Shown: positions 24,712 to 37,830 of the stretch, piece by piece
Layout of the letters: every line of letters starts with the position of its first letter
How positions within the stretch are numbered: position 1 is the stretch's first letter
Assembly (NCBI GenBank): GCA_034780895.1
Contig: JAUZTB010000063.1
Location: 36,258,803-36,322,802 of the forward strand
Direction: 5' to 3'
DNA: 64,000 nt
From: Rhynchobatus australiae
Lineage: Eukaryota
Notes under the pieces: generated by a model
The model's input: only the letters and a program-made list of their open reading frames with translations
What the model was told of the DNA's origin: nothing
Database searches by the model: none
Program-made: the position numbers and the translations under genes

Positions 24712-25380
24712 AGAACATGGAACATTATGGCACGGTACAGGCCCTTCAGCCCATGATGTTGTGCGAACATTTTATCCTGCTCTAAGATCTATCTAACCCT
24801 TCCTTCACACATAGCCCTCCATTTTTCTATCATTCATGTGGCTATTTAAGTNNNNNNNNNNNNNNNNNNNNNNNNNNNNNNNNNNNNNNNNNNNNNNNNN
24901 NNNNNNNNNNNNNNNNNNNNNNNNNNNNNNNNNNNNNNNNNNNNNNNNNNNNNNNNNNNNNNNNNNNNNNNNNNNNNNNNNNNNNNNNNNNNNNNNNNNN
25001 NNNNNNNNNNNNNNNNNNNNNNNNNNNNNNNNNNNNNNNNNNNNNNNNNNNNNNNNNNNNNNNNNNNNNNNNNNNNNNNNNNNNNNNNNNNNNNNNNNNN
25101 NNNNNNNNNNNNNNNNNNNNNNNNNNNNNNNNNNNNNNNNNNNNNNNNNNNNNNNNNNNNNNNNNNNNNNNNNNNNNNNNNNNNNNNNNNNNNNNNNNNN
25201 NNNNNNNNNNNNNNNNNNNNNNNNNNNNNNNNNNNNNNNNNNNNNNNNNNNNNNNNNNNNNNNNNACTCCAAGTGTGGTCTGACCAGAGTTCTATAGAGC
25301 TGCAACATTACCTGGCAGCTCTTGAACTCAATACCCCAACTAATGAAGGCCAGCATACCATATGCCTTTCTAACAACCCT
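24712..25380 (-). mobile_element. CR1 3' fragment spanning a gap
   Basis: MLAFISWGIEFKSCQVMLQLYRTLVRPHLE. Confidence 0.85.
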
Positions 25381-26213
25381 ATTAGTGCTATTATATTACA
25401 GCTCTTGGGAAATTCAAAGTACTCCTTTTCTCCACAATAGGTTAGGTTAGAAAACAATGTGCAGAGCAGATCTAAGTCTCAATCTTAAAATCTAATGCAA
25501 CTCATTGTATTTCCATTTTGTACAGTCATGCATGCTTTGTCTTCACAGTGCTGTACTGAATTTCCATTGTGCTTTTATGTTTGTTTAAAATGTGAGGACC
25601 AACTGCTTGGAAATCACAAAATTAATTGAGTATCAAAAATGGAAGAACTGAACTATTTTCTGGAAGACGTTTTGGAAGATTATTTGAGTAAAAGTGAAAG
25701 ATGTTGAGGAAGAATATTTGTATCAGGCATGAGTTAATTGAGAATTGTTGAAGGTGACCAGAATAAAGTAACATAATATAAATGTACAAGCAGAATTCAG
25801 AAATACTTGTGTGAGCCAGCATCCATGGAGAGTTCAGTGGTTAAAATTTCAGGTCAATAACTTTCAGAACTGGAAAAGAATGAAGATGCGACATTTTTCA
25901 ACCTTCTCTCTTCAGCATTTGAGTTCAACAGTTTCAGAACTTAAACAGTCCTACTTTTTCCCACCCTTTCCCTCCCTATGTAATTGATACATCTCTGCCC
26001 TTTTCAATCCTGTTTTCAGATACAGGTTGATGAAAGAGCTAAACTGGATTATAACCAGAAATACTGTGGAATTTATTTGGCTCNNNNNNNNNNNNNNNNN
26101 NNNNNNNNNNNNNNNNNNNNNNNNNNNNNNNNNNNNNNNNNNNNNNNNNNNNNNNNNNNNNNNNNNNNNNNNNNNNNNNNNNNNNNNNNNNNNNNNNNNN
26201 NNNNNNNNNNNNN

Positions 26214-26590
26214 NGACCCTTCTTCAGGACTGAAGATAGGAAAAGGGGAAGCCCGATATATAGGAGGGAAAAGCAGAGCAGTGATAGGTGGGCAAAAGAG
26301 GGGAGGCAGGGTGGGCACAAAGTGGTGATATGTAGATGCAGGTAAGAGATGGTGATGGGCAGGTGCGGGGGAGGAGGGGAGAGCAGACCCACCGGGGGAT
26401 GGAGGAGGGAGAAATGAGGCGGTAGAAAAAAGTGAGATAGGCTGGGAAAAGGAAGAAAAGAAGAGGCATGTTTGGGGGTGAGTGTGGGGAAGCAGGGTGG
26501 GGATTACCTAAAGTGGGAGAATCCAATGTTCATGCTGTCAGGCTGCAAGATTCCAAGATGGAAAATGAGGTGCTGTTCCTCCAGTCTGTG
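26214..26590 (-). mobile_element. Penelope-like 3' end
   Basis: HRLEEQHLIFHLGILQPDSMNIGFSHFR followed by a pyrimidine-rich tail and GTCCTGAAGAAGGGTC. Confidence 0.8.
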
Positions 26591-26637
26591 TAAGTGGCTA
26601 GTTTGTATTTTAATTAATATTTCCATTATTTTTGCAG

Positions 26638-26676
26638 TTTGTAGATAAAGTTGGAGAAAGCAACAGCATGGTATAA
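26638..26676 (+). CDS. GOLT1B: GOLT1B exon 5, FVDKVGESNSMV*
   Basis: tttttgcag| acceptor; spliced CDS 25+92+179+82+39 = 417 nt = 138 aa plus stop. Confidence 0.95.
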   Translation, partial: FVDKVGESNSMV

Positions 26677-28310
26677 CAGAAACTGGATGAACAACTGCTG
26701 CAGAAGTATGCTGTATAATATATTTATAAGGTTCACCTAAGATGAACATTTCTAAATTTCTATTTTACTTGTTATCTGTCTAGGAATAAATAAAAATTGA
26801 TAACATTCTTTGTATTAAAATATTTTGTTTAGAGCAGAAAAGGGGAGCCAATGCAATTAATTCCACTCATTTTGACTTTCCCTCCCTGCCCAAAATTTTA
26901 TATACGTCTCTTTGTGGAGGGTGCTTAGCACCACACTTCCTTCAGCAGGAAGGGCAGGATGGATTTGGGCTCCACCACTACTATCAGTAATGCTCAATGA
27001 TCAGCAGGAGGGAGGTAGATCTTAAACTGGGAGAATTGAACCAAGCAAGATCAACCAAGGAGCATCTTGCTCTGTTCCATTGAACCTCATTCAACCAAGA
27101 CGACAAGAAAATCTGAAAAGCTAGAAGGACTGATTCACTTTTGATTTGGAAATCAAGTAATGAAATACTTGAAAGGACAGGCCTTGACCCATTGAACACA
27201 AATATATATATTGGCTGACCTTTCCTTTTGCATAAAAATAACTAGCATACTTCCATGATTGTCTTGCCCCTCTTATCTATGCTGCTCCTTCGGTTGTATT
27301 TGTTCACATCGTTGTCTTGTGTTACACTTGCGATTCCCAATGTAAAAAGCTAGGTTAATGGTGAGCTTTTCTCTTTGTGACTGTCTCATTTGGCAGGATT
27401 TTCATACAAGTGAACACCTCTGGCTTATTATGTAACAGCAGATGGTGCTTCTAGGTATTTAAGTTTTATAAAGGTTAACTTTTCAAATACACATTGTTTG
27501 ATGTTAAAATGTTGTAAATAAATCTTTGAATCAAATTATCACAGAATTTTTAATGAATTGTTCCCTTAATATGTGGATTCCTGGTCCAGTGTGTCACTTG
27601 TGAGTGAAGTTTGGAAAGCCTAGTGTTTATCTGCCAATGGAAGAAAATGTTTCATTTTTTTTAATGCAAAATAATAAATATTACGACTTCCAAGGGCATT
27701 GGTGCTGTAGTTCACCAGAAGAGAATTTATGACAGAAACCAGTATTACTGCTCTGTTAGAAATAGTAACTATCTGACTTAATATATCAGAAATTATATTT
27801 AATTTAAAAGTACAACGAGAGAGCAAACTATATTGGTTCATTGTCAGAAAGGATGTTGACTTTGTAACTTTGGAAACCACCTGTGAAAACATCAATGCTG
27901 GTGTAATTTCCATGATATGAAGTACCATATTGGGATATTTCATTAACAACTGTTCATTGTAACGGCTCAGCTGGGTGCATTAGCCACTGGGGACAAGTCA
28001 AGCATGAATGTAGTCATGGGTGAAGGTACAAAAGTTTTTAATTCTGTAGGAATATAATTGCATAATTCTGTATATCGCACCAAAACATTACTGAAAATTC
28101 TAGTCTTTGAGTACATTGTAGGTAATTTTTTTTTGTAATGTATATGGAAACCACTAAACATGTCAGAATTGCAATTCCTTTCGTGCTGCTGCCAACCTTG
28201 AGCAGAAGTCAATGCGTTGTGTATCTTTTGTGAACATGTCCAGAATTTGGGGTTCTGTCAAGTTTCTAGGTTGCTGAAAGGAAATAAATATTAATTATGG
28301 CCAACAGTGG
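26677..28310 (+). other. GOLT1B: Probable GOLT1B 3' UTR with candidate polyA signals AATAAA at 26785, 27517 and 28283
   Basis: Repeat-poor AT-rich stretch after the stop codon. The 28283 signal is followed by a GT/T-rich tract. The true end is unknown. Confidence 0.55.
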
Positions 28311-28699
28311 TTTTCTGTTTTAATGAGCAGAAAAACTTGCATGTAGTTATCACCAGATTAACCAAATCAGTTGAACAACCTTTGTACGTTTGTGCATTTA
28401 TCTTGATTCTCCACGGATTGTGGGAAGGAAATCATTTTTGCTGCAAGGATAGATCTAATTTTACTCTGAGGTCTCTGGTCTTTTTGTAGCTTCATCTTTC
28501 CTCCAAAACTGTTGTCTTTACCCCCTGTGGTGGGAGGGAGGGAGCCTTCATTTCTCCATCCCAACGAATTACTGTTCCCTCCACAACCCATCTTTACAGT
28601 CAAATTCTTGAATGGGCTGTAGACATGCTTAATACGTTGCTTTCTAATAGTCTGGACTGTTACTTTTCTTGACTAAAGAAAAGCAATTTAACAAATTAA

Positions 28700-29640
28700 G
28701 TGTGTTTATTGCAGATGGTGGCCTTACAAATTTGTCCTTCCTACACAACTGTTTTGAATCCCTCCAATTGGTTCTCCACTCCTACTGCTGTACTGATCAA
28801 AGTCATGAAACACATTCTATGCAACAACAGTGATGTATCTGTCCCTATTTGTTTTAACCAACCTACAGCCCTTGTTACTGTTGATGGTAATCACGTCCAA
28901 TGTCTCTCCTTAGGGTGCCACTTACTAGGTTTTGTCTAACCAGCTACATCTAGAAAATCAATGACTCCTTCCCTGCTTTGGGGGTGTCCTCTAGGGATCT
29001 TTGGCCTCCTGGTTCTCACCTAGCAGTGAGGTTCCACATATGTTCATGACTGTTAATGGCTCCTCATCTCTAAACTGACATCTAGTAATAAATAAGCCAA
29101 TATTTCAGCATCCATCCCAAACACCATTCTCTAGCTACAATTCCACTACTGCAACTAACCACTCAAAAACTACTAGACTGTTAACAACCTTAGTGTCATA
29201 TTTTATCCCTGGCTGAGTTTTGGACCATTGAGACCATCTATTTCTGTCTTAACTCCTTTGATGTTTAAATTCTCAACCATACCTTTGTTACTTCTAGATT
29301 TGACTATTCCAGCTCATTCATGACTGGCATCCCTCATTTAACTCACCGTAGAATCATTCAAAATTATGCTCCCTATATCCCTTCTATAGCAAATTCCATT
29401 CTGCCATCCTCTGTCTTACTGACTTGCACTCACTCTTGGAAAAATATCACTTTCATTTAAAAATTCTTATCCTTGTTTTCAAATCTCAATGGTCTCAGCT
29501 CTTGCTGTGTCTGAAACCTCCAGCAGCCTCTGACATCTGCCCTCCTCTACTTCTGGTCTCATTTATCATTTCATTGCCCTTGTGCCTTCAATTATTTGGA
29601 TTCCATCACTCAATCTCTCTACCAGTCTTAAGATACTCCT
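28700..29640 (+). mobile_element. Old L2-clade LINE RT fragment
   Basis: Degenerate GVP-GS-LG, TSRFDYS and FKILILVFKS-like remnants. Confidence 0.6.
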
Positions 29641-29957
29641 TAAAGTCAAAGTCAAGTTTACTGTCATATGCACAAGTATATGTGCCTGTGATGCTGCTGC
29701 AAGTAAACTTTTCATTGCACTTGTACATGAATGCATAATATACACAATATTTGCAAGAAAAATGTAAATTACGCAATGTTTACAAGAAAACACAATTAGA
29801 ACAAAAAAAAAGTCCATTGTAGTGCAAATGTTGCTATTACTGAGGTAGTGAATAGAGTTGTGCAGGTTGGTTCAAGAGCCAAATGGTTGAAGGGAAGTAG
29901 CTGTTCTTGAACCTGGTGGTGTGGGACTTAAGGCTTCTGTACCTCCTGCCCAATGGT
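29640..29957 (-). mobile_element. Rex1/Babar-clade LINE 3' end
   Basis: Minus strand gives GRRYRSLKSHTTRFKNSYFPSTI. Confidence 0.7.
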
Positions 29958-31569
29958 NNNNNNNNNNNNNNNNNNNNNNNNNNNNNNNNNNNNNNNNNNN
30001 NNNNNNNNNNNNNNNNNNNNNNNNNNNNNNNNNNNNNNNNNNNNNNNNNNNNNNNNNCCTAATTTCTAGAAATGCTGGTAATGAAATAGACCAGTAAGAA
30101 TTCTAACATGCATCTACTAATGTCTTTGGATAATAGTGATGGGGCTTGGTTGAAGTATTTGATTGGGGAATTTTCTGAGAATGTTTTTATCCCATTCAGC
30201 TGCTATAGCAGCTCAAATTTTGATGTGTTGCTAGTTTGGGATTGGTATCCAAAGGTTATGTTGCACATCTGCTGCAACTTCTCTAGTGAAACAGGAGAGA
30301 ACAAAACACTTGTACAAGACATTATTTCAAGGTCCAGTTTGTTCCCTAGCCTCTCCTCTGCCAACTTTCTCTTGCTGTTTGGGATAATATTAGCGGAGTA
30401 ACTATTGTGATCTTTATAGAAAACAGCCCATAATTAACCAACAAGTCAGCTGTATATTTCTGCATTTGAAGTGTAATGAAATTCTGTGGAAACCTTTGGC
30501 CATGTGGTTTTTAAGAACAGCCTAAGTACATTTAATACAAAACCTAGCCCTGACTTCTTGGGATCTACTTTAAGAGGTAGCGTCAGCCACTTCTGGGTGG
30601 AGAGTGTTGAGGCAGGTTAGATTGAAAATTGGANNNNNNNNNNNNNNNNNNNNNNNNNNNNNNNNNNNNNNNNNNNNNNNNNNNNNNNNNNNNNNNNNNN
30701 NNNNNNNNNNNNNNNNNNNNNNNNNNNNNNNNNNNNNNNNNNNNNNNNNNNNNNNNNNNNNNNNNNNNNNNNNNNNNNNNNNNNNNNNNNNNNNNNNNNN
30801 NNNNNNNNNNNNNAAGTCAATGGATAATAACAAAAATAGTGTAAATTTCTGAAAAATACAGTGGTTACATATTAACTTAATGATGGTCACCTTATATTGT
30901 TTCCTGTATTACTTCTAAAATTATCTGGTTGCACAAAGTGAAGCTGAAACAAGAGTACTATGCAAAACAACAGCCAGTCCAAACTCAGTGCGCGTCTTCT
31001 CTCACAGACTTGCAATGCGAATCTAGTTGAATTAGACCTTCAAAGATTGCTTCCAGCCTTTTGAAAAATTGGATACAAATAAAAAAAAAACAAAGCTGGG
31101 GAAAATAAGAGTGATGCAATAGCATAGTTTAAAAAGTATTCAACTGTGACCTCTCAATTAATGGAAACATGAAGAAAAATTTCACTAACACATTTGACGT
31201 ATTATAACCTAAGGTTGGGGTTTCACCTCTCTCACTTGCCACTGTCACCACTTTATCCCCCACCCCCATCTCTCCTCCCAAACCTGCATTCCGCCTCTCT
31301 GCCCACCGCACCACCAGCCAGGAAAAACTGGCAAAATAAAGGTGAAGGTCAATAAAGAAAATGAGGTACATATACACAATGGAGTACTATTCAGCCANNN
31401 NNNNNNNNNNNNNNNNNNNNNNNNNNCTGCCATTCAATAAGATCATGGCTGATCTTTTGCCATTTCTGCACTAACCTGAATTCCATCAATATCCAACACC
31501 ATCAATCTCTGTCTTGAATAAACAAGTGACGATGGCACCACAGCCCCTTTGGGTAAAGAATTACAATTA

Positions 31570-32019
31570 CAGGGGGTCCCTGGGTTACGTAAGGGTTCCA
31601 TCCTGAGAAACTGAAATTTCCATAAGTTAGAAACGATTTCCCCCAAAATTGCAATGTGAGATCTTTAGCTTCAACAGCCCTCGTTTGCAAAGAGTAGACT
31701 AGGAGTTCTTCCCAGCAAGTGAACTGTGATAAGTGTTTGAATGCAGCTCGAGTGGAGTGACAGGGGAGCTGACCTGCTAATCAGTGAGAAGACTGTCGGC
31801 AGTTCAACGAAAGAAAGTGTCCGCTAATGAGAGGTGGCTCGGAGTTTGTAATGTTTAATCTCACCTGAAGGAGAGTTTGGAGAAAGCATTGGCTTTTTCT
31901 GTGGGTGATCTCTGCATTGTTTCCTGGTGAAGAGATTCGGGTCCTGTACCTGAGAGCAGAGTCTGAGAACTTGCATAAAGTTGGATTTTCATAAATCTTC
32001 CGTAACCAGGGGAGCCCTG
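31570..32019. mobile_element. Tc1/mariner (Tigger-like) MITE with TA target duplication, nested in a CR1 tail
   Basis: TA|CAGGGGGTCCCTGGGTTACG ... CGTAACCAGGGGAGCCCTG|TA. Confidence 0.85.
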
Positions 32020-32021
32020 TA

Positions 32022-32720
32022 CTCTCTACGGTCTGGGTGTAGAAAGTTCCCATCTCAGTCCTAAATGACGGGCTCTGTTTTGAGAATGTGACTCCTGATT
32101 CCAGACATTCCCAATCATCCTTGCATCCACTTTGTGTGTTTCAATGAGACACCTCTCATTGTGATAAACTCAAGAAAATCTAAACCCAGTCTGCTCAATC
32201 TCACTTCATAGGATGATCCTACATCCCAGGGAGCCAGTCTGATGCATTTACACTCCCTTTAACACAAGCATATCCTTCCTTGGGTAAGGAGACCAAACGT
32301 GTACACAATATTTCCATGTGCAGTAAATGTACCCATGTACTCAAATCCTCTTGCAATAAAGGCCAACATATTGTTTGCCTTCTGAGTTGAGTGCTTTACC
32401 AGTGTGTTTAATTTCAGTGATTCGTGTGCAAGGACACCCACCTCCCTCTGAACATCAAAGCCATCCAACAAGATATTAATCTTAAAAATGTTCCTCTTTT
32501 CTACTTTTCTCTGCCAGTGTGGATCTTCCACATCACATTTTTCACATATCGTGTTCCATCTGCCATAACCTTGCCCATTCACCCAATCTATTGAGATTGT
32601 GTCGAAGCCCCCCCCCAAACACGCACAATCCAGTTTACCATCCAGTTTTGTGTCATTTGCAAACTTGGATATTTTACACTTGATCTCCTCAGCCAAATCG
32701 GTGGAATAGATTGTACTAAT
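32022..32720 (-). mobile_element. CR1 fragment (continues at 31425-31567)
   Basis: CKISKFANDTKL and KANNMLAFIARGFEY in ORF 32259..32726. Confidence 0.85.
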
Positions 32721-33049
32721 CCCCATAGCACCCCAACCATTCTACCTCTACCACTGAAGATGGACAGGGGCAGCAGGTGCATGGGAACACCATCACTTGC
32801 AGGTTCCCCTCCAAGCTGCACACCATGCCGACTTGACACTATATCAGCAGCCATTCATCACTGGAGTTCCCTTTCCTGCATTTTGGAGGTACCTCCACCA
32901 AAAGGATTATAGCGGTTCACATGGCAGCTCAGCCAGCCCCCACCTTCTCAAGGGCAAGTAGGGATGGGCAATAAACACTGGCCTTGTCAGGAATGCTCAG
33001 ATCCTAACAACTAATGTTAAATAATCAACTTCGCCAATCAAACTGATCC

Positions 33050-33270
33050 CTATCACTACTTCAGACCTTTCACTCCCTCAGCGTGAATTGGCTGGAAGTT
33101 TGTGTCCTGTATTTCAGAGGTTTTAGACAACAGCAAGTGGGAGAGTCTGGACCTGACACTGACACTGGAGAAGTTAACCAGTTCCATCCGTTCCACTGAG
33201 ACAAAAGAAACTTCCAGAAGCGACGGCTTACCTACCAATTTGTTCTGTTGGACTGGAAGTACAGGCGCTC
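33050..33270 (+). mobile_element. L1/Tx1-clade LINE ORF2 fragment
   Basis: ISEVLDNSKWESLDLTLTLEKLTSSIRS..KETSRSDGLP resembles the pre-RT L-L-EL...K-PG-DGLP motif. Confidence 0.6.
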
Positions 33271-33449
33271 ATGGGTTAGTCAAAATTTACCTTGCAATAA
33301 TTCCAACATCCTATTCCTTAAGATGGAGTAGTGGGAACAATATCTAGAACAGTTTGCAGCAGCAGTGGATTCAGAATAAAGTGAAGGTGGATATACATGC
33401 TGATGGCATGGAAAGAATATTTTCACTGACCTATTTATAAAATGAAGTT

Positions 33450-33825
33450 TATATAATTATGAGAGGCATAGATGGGATAGACAGAAAGAATACTTTTCCC
33501 TGGGTAGCTATGTCTAATTCTAGAGGGCATGCAATAAAGTGAGAGGGGGAAAGTTCAAAAGGAGATGTGTTGGGCAAATTTTTGACACAGAGAGTGGTGG
33601 GTGCCTGGAATGTATTGCCAGGGGCGGTGGTTGAGGCAGATACGATAGAGGTGTTTAAGAGGCTCTTAGATAGGCACATGAATGTGCAGAGAATGGAGGG
33701 ATATGGATGACGTGCGGGCAGAAAGGATTAGTTTAATTAAGAAGAATTAGCTTAATTAGTTTGGCACAACATCGTGGGCCGAAGGTCCTGTTCCTGTGCT
33801 GTATTGTTCTATGTTTTATGTTCTC
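33450..33825 (+). mobile_element. CR1 3' end
   Basis: TQRVVGAWNVLPGAVVEA and the tail TGTTCTATG repeats. Confidence 0.85.
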
Positions 33826-35854
33826 ACAGGATCTGTGACAGTCCATAAAAAAAACTGGTTAGTCTGACTTGCTGCAAGCTGATAGCACAAGGCCTAAAAT
33901 AATTTCCTTGTAAGAATTATTAATACTGTACATATGAATTTATAAGTTGGTCTGGTAATAACAGTTGCATTTTAAATTTGAATTCTGGTTAAAATGAGCT
34001 CACCTACATTACTGATTTGTGACTCAGAATCTTTAGAGTCCTCCATAATTGCAGTTGGTATGTATGTGTACACCAAACAAAACTTGCTCACTTTTGCAGA
34101 ATTTTCTGTCTTGACTCAGTGGCTGCCTGGAGTGGATCTGCCCTGAAGTTATACAGGTTTTTAAAAACACTTTTACTTTTACATTAATTCAGAAAGAATA
34201 AAGAAGTCAATGTCATTGAAACAAAATCAATGGAAGGCCGATAAATGCTCCCATGTAGATATTGGCAAGTCTGCCTTTTAGAATTCTAATCAAGTGATAT
34301 GTATTTTCACACACAAGTCTAGGAATAATTTTTGGTGATAATACCAGAGCAATGCTTAACACCCTCCTTTAACATTCCCTGGTCCATAGTTTAACCATTT
34401 TGTTTCAGAGGGATTAACACATTGGAGACAAATTGATGAAGAATTACATAAAAATAGCAGTCACAGGTATGTAATAAACATTAGTAAATTTCGTTCTTCT
34501 TGTGACTGTGAAAGTCTCGTACTGCCAATAGAAATTACATGGGGCTGCATGTTGTGCTTTTGGATGGATTGTATATCGCAAATATATTTTGCTCTTATTA
34601 GAACTGTGTTACATGATTACTGTTATATAAGTGATCAAGGGAGCATGACTTACAGAATACCGATTTAAAATATCTAGAAATAAGATCTATCGTGTTTTAG
34701 TAAAAGTTGAAACTGTTGGGTTGTCATCAAAAACTCAACTCATTCACTAATATGCTTCAGTAAAAAAATATGCCAACCTGATCCAGTGTAACCTCTATGT
34801 GACTCCTGTCCCTAATCAACATGGTTGTTTCTTCCCTGCTGTCTGAATTGAAAAAGAAAATAACTCCTGTACCAAATTCTCAAGCCAACTAAGGATAAGC
34901 ACCAAGCCGGTAAATAAATGTTTACAATAAATATCACTGCTCAGTTTTCCTCACAATCGTTAACTGTAAGAGACCTTAAAACTGTCATCAACTGTGGAAG
35001 TTACTTAACTCAACAGGTTTCTCACAAGCATATCAACCATTGACCTCAAACGTAATACAACGTGGTAAAAATCGTATGAGTGTCTTTTAAAATTGAACTC
35101 TGTTCCCTGCATTATTTCTGCTCTAACATTTCCACTATAATGATCAGTCAATTCACAACATGAACAGCTTTTTTATGGCAATAAAGTATCAGGAAGTAAA
35201 TAAGTAGGCATATTAAACACTGTTTGGGCAGGCTTCAGCAACTACCTATAAAAATATTCCTCTCAACTTTTCTCTCTTTATAAATAAAGGAAGAATGATA
35301 AATAAATTTGTTAATTGCATTTCACAAAAAAAAACATCATTTGATTTGGAATCACTTCTGTTCAAATATGTGGGAAACTAGCTGATAAAACGAGTTTAAA
35401 TTATTTCTGATAACCTTCAGTCCATCATCCAACCAAATACTTTTTTTTAAATTCGCGGGGTACATTCAGCATCGTTGGCAAGACCAGCATTTGTTTGTGC
35501 ATACATCCATAATTGCCCTTGAGAAGGTGGGGGTGAGACATGTGGGGATTGGTCTCCCAGAATCTCTTTAGGTGGGAATTCCATGATTTTGATCTGTTGA
35601 CCCTGAAGGGATGGTGTTGGGCCAACCACTGTCCAGGCCCACCCCTCCTCGCTCTCCACACGCCCAGGATCACCTGCGTGTGCTGAGCCTCCAGTCCACA
35701 GCAAACTGCAGGGAGGCCTCGGGGAGATTAGGCTCAGCTGGTGTAATGCTGAAGCCCCACCCCAAGCCAGTTTTTGTTTATTATGTTGTATAAATTATGC
35801 ATAACTTATGTTAATTTACATTTATGTAATTTATGTTTGTCATTCGATTTGATG

Positions 35855-36145
35855 AGATATCTTTATTAGTCACATGTACATCGAAACACACAGTGAAATG
35901 CATCTTTTTCATAGAGTGTTCTGGGGCAGCCTGCAAGTGTCACCACAGTTCCGGCACCAATATAGCATGCCCACAACTTCCTAACCCATATGTCTCTGGG
36001 ATGTGGGAGGAAACTGGATCACCCAGAAGAAACCTACGCAGACACGGGGAGAACATACAAACTCCTTACAGACAGTGGTGGGAATTGGACCCGGGTTGCT
36101 GGCGCTGTAATAGGGTTATGCTAACCACTACACTACCGTGCCTGC
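35855..36145 (-). mobile_element. V-SINE family A, full length
   Basis: Reverse complement of 5-298. Confidence 0.85.
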
Positions 36146-36989
36146 CCATGTTCATAACGTACTGTGTCGTCGCTGCAAAAAGCTAATTTTTATGCCCATG
36201 ACAATAAAATTGAACTTGAACAACCTTACAGTCTTTGACAGAAGGCAAGCCCCGTGGGGCATAGTGTGGAGGAGTGCCTAACTTCAGTCAAAATCTGACA
36301 AGCATTGTAACACTTTTAAATGTCCCTGATAATATTTAAAGTATTAGTTTTTTTCACAACATAAAAAACAATGAAAACATTAACACTGATAAATTATTGA
36401 GGCATTAAAATGGCTCACTGGGTGATGTTTCTCGCATTCCCTTTCTCTCACTGGGTGCTGTTTCCTGAACTGCCTTTGAACTCACTGTTATCCCATTTCC
36501 TGCACTCCATTTAAGTTTAGTCAAGTCCTGTTTCCTTCCTTCACTTTAAATATACCAGGGCGCTGGTTTGCATACTTCCTTCAAACTCATCAGGGCCCTA
36601 TTTCCAATTGACTGTGTTAACTGGAATATTTATTAGACTGCAGTGTAACATCTAAAATCAAAAATGAATTTAAAGTGCGCTGGAGCATTAATTGGAATAA
36701 CATCCAATAGTTTGGAAAATCTGTTGGACCAGCGCCACCAAAGTCCCAAGTGCACTGGAGTAAAGGATTTTTGCTGTAGTATTGTGTATTGAGAAAGAGT
36801 TAATTGATGTTCTGGTGGCTAAGTGTTTTTACAGAATAATGATCATAATATGATGGAATTTTATAGGAAGTTTGACAGAGATTCAGTTCAATTTGATACC
36901 AGGGTCTTATGTCTGAATAGAAAACTAGCGAAAGTATGAGGCGTAGGGATTAGGGCACTAAATTAAGATGTATGATATGAAACATCATA

Positions 36990-37830
36990 CTAGCCAACTT
37001 TAAAGAAATTAACACAGGAAAAGTTGTCCAACTGCGGCTATCAAGAGAAGTTAAAAATAACATTAGATCAAGGAAAGGGCTTACAACTGCAAAAAAATTG
37101 GGAAAATTTCAGAATTCAGCAAAAGAGGATCAAGGCATTTGATAAGGAAAGGAAAGGTAGAAAATGAGAGTAGATTGTGAGAACTTCTGTGGATAAGGGA
37201 AAAGATTAGCATAATTTAAAATGGTCTCCTTACAGACTGGGACAGAAGAAATTATTTTGTGTAATAAAGGAAAATGAGTGAATATTTTGTGCCTGTTTTC
37301 ATGGAAGAGGACAAAGAAAACCTCTCAGAAACAGTGGAAGTATTCAGACATCAGTGAAAATCTAGCACTGGAGAAATGAATAGGACTGAAGGGTGTATCC
37401 AGCAGAAGAGATAAGGGCAGACCTGTTGAAGTGGTATATCTGAGAAAGCCTTTAATAAGGTGCCAGGCAAGAGAGTATTGGATAAAATTAAAGTGCACAA
37501 TATTGAGGGTGATTTCTTGGTATGAATTGAGAGTTATTGACAGGGAGTTGAACAGGTAATTGGTATGTTGGCCTTTACTGAAGGGTTTGAAAATAAGCAT
37601 AGAGTTGGCCTGCAGCAATTACATACAGCCCTGGTGAGGTTACATCTGTAATGTTCTGTAAGGGTCTGGTGTCCTGATTAATAAAGGATAAAAGAGTAAA
37701 GATTGATTCCTGGGAACGTGTGTTTGCTTTATGAGGAGAGATTAAGCAGACTGAGCCTGTATCTTGAATTTAGATGAATGAGAGGGGATCTAATTGAAAT
37801 GTACAAATTTCTTATAGGCCTTTACAGGGC
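36990..37830 (+). mobile_element. Highly decayed CR1 fragments
   Basis: KAFNKVP and MRGDLIEMYK remnants. Confidence 0.65.
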
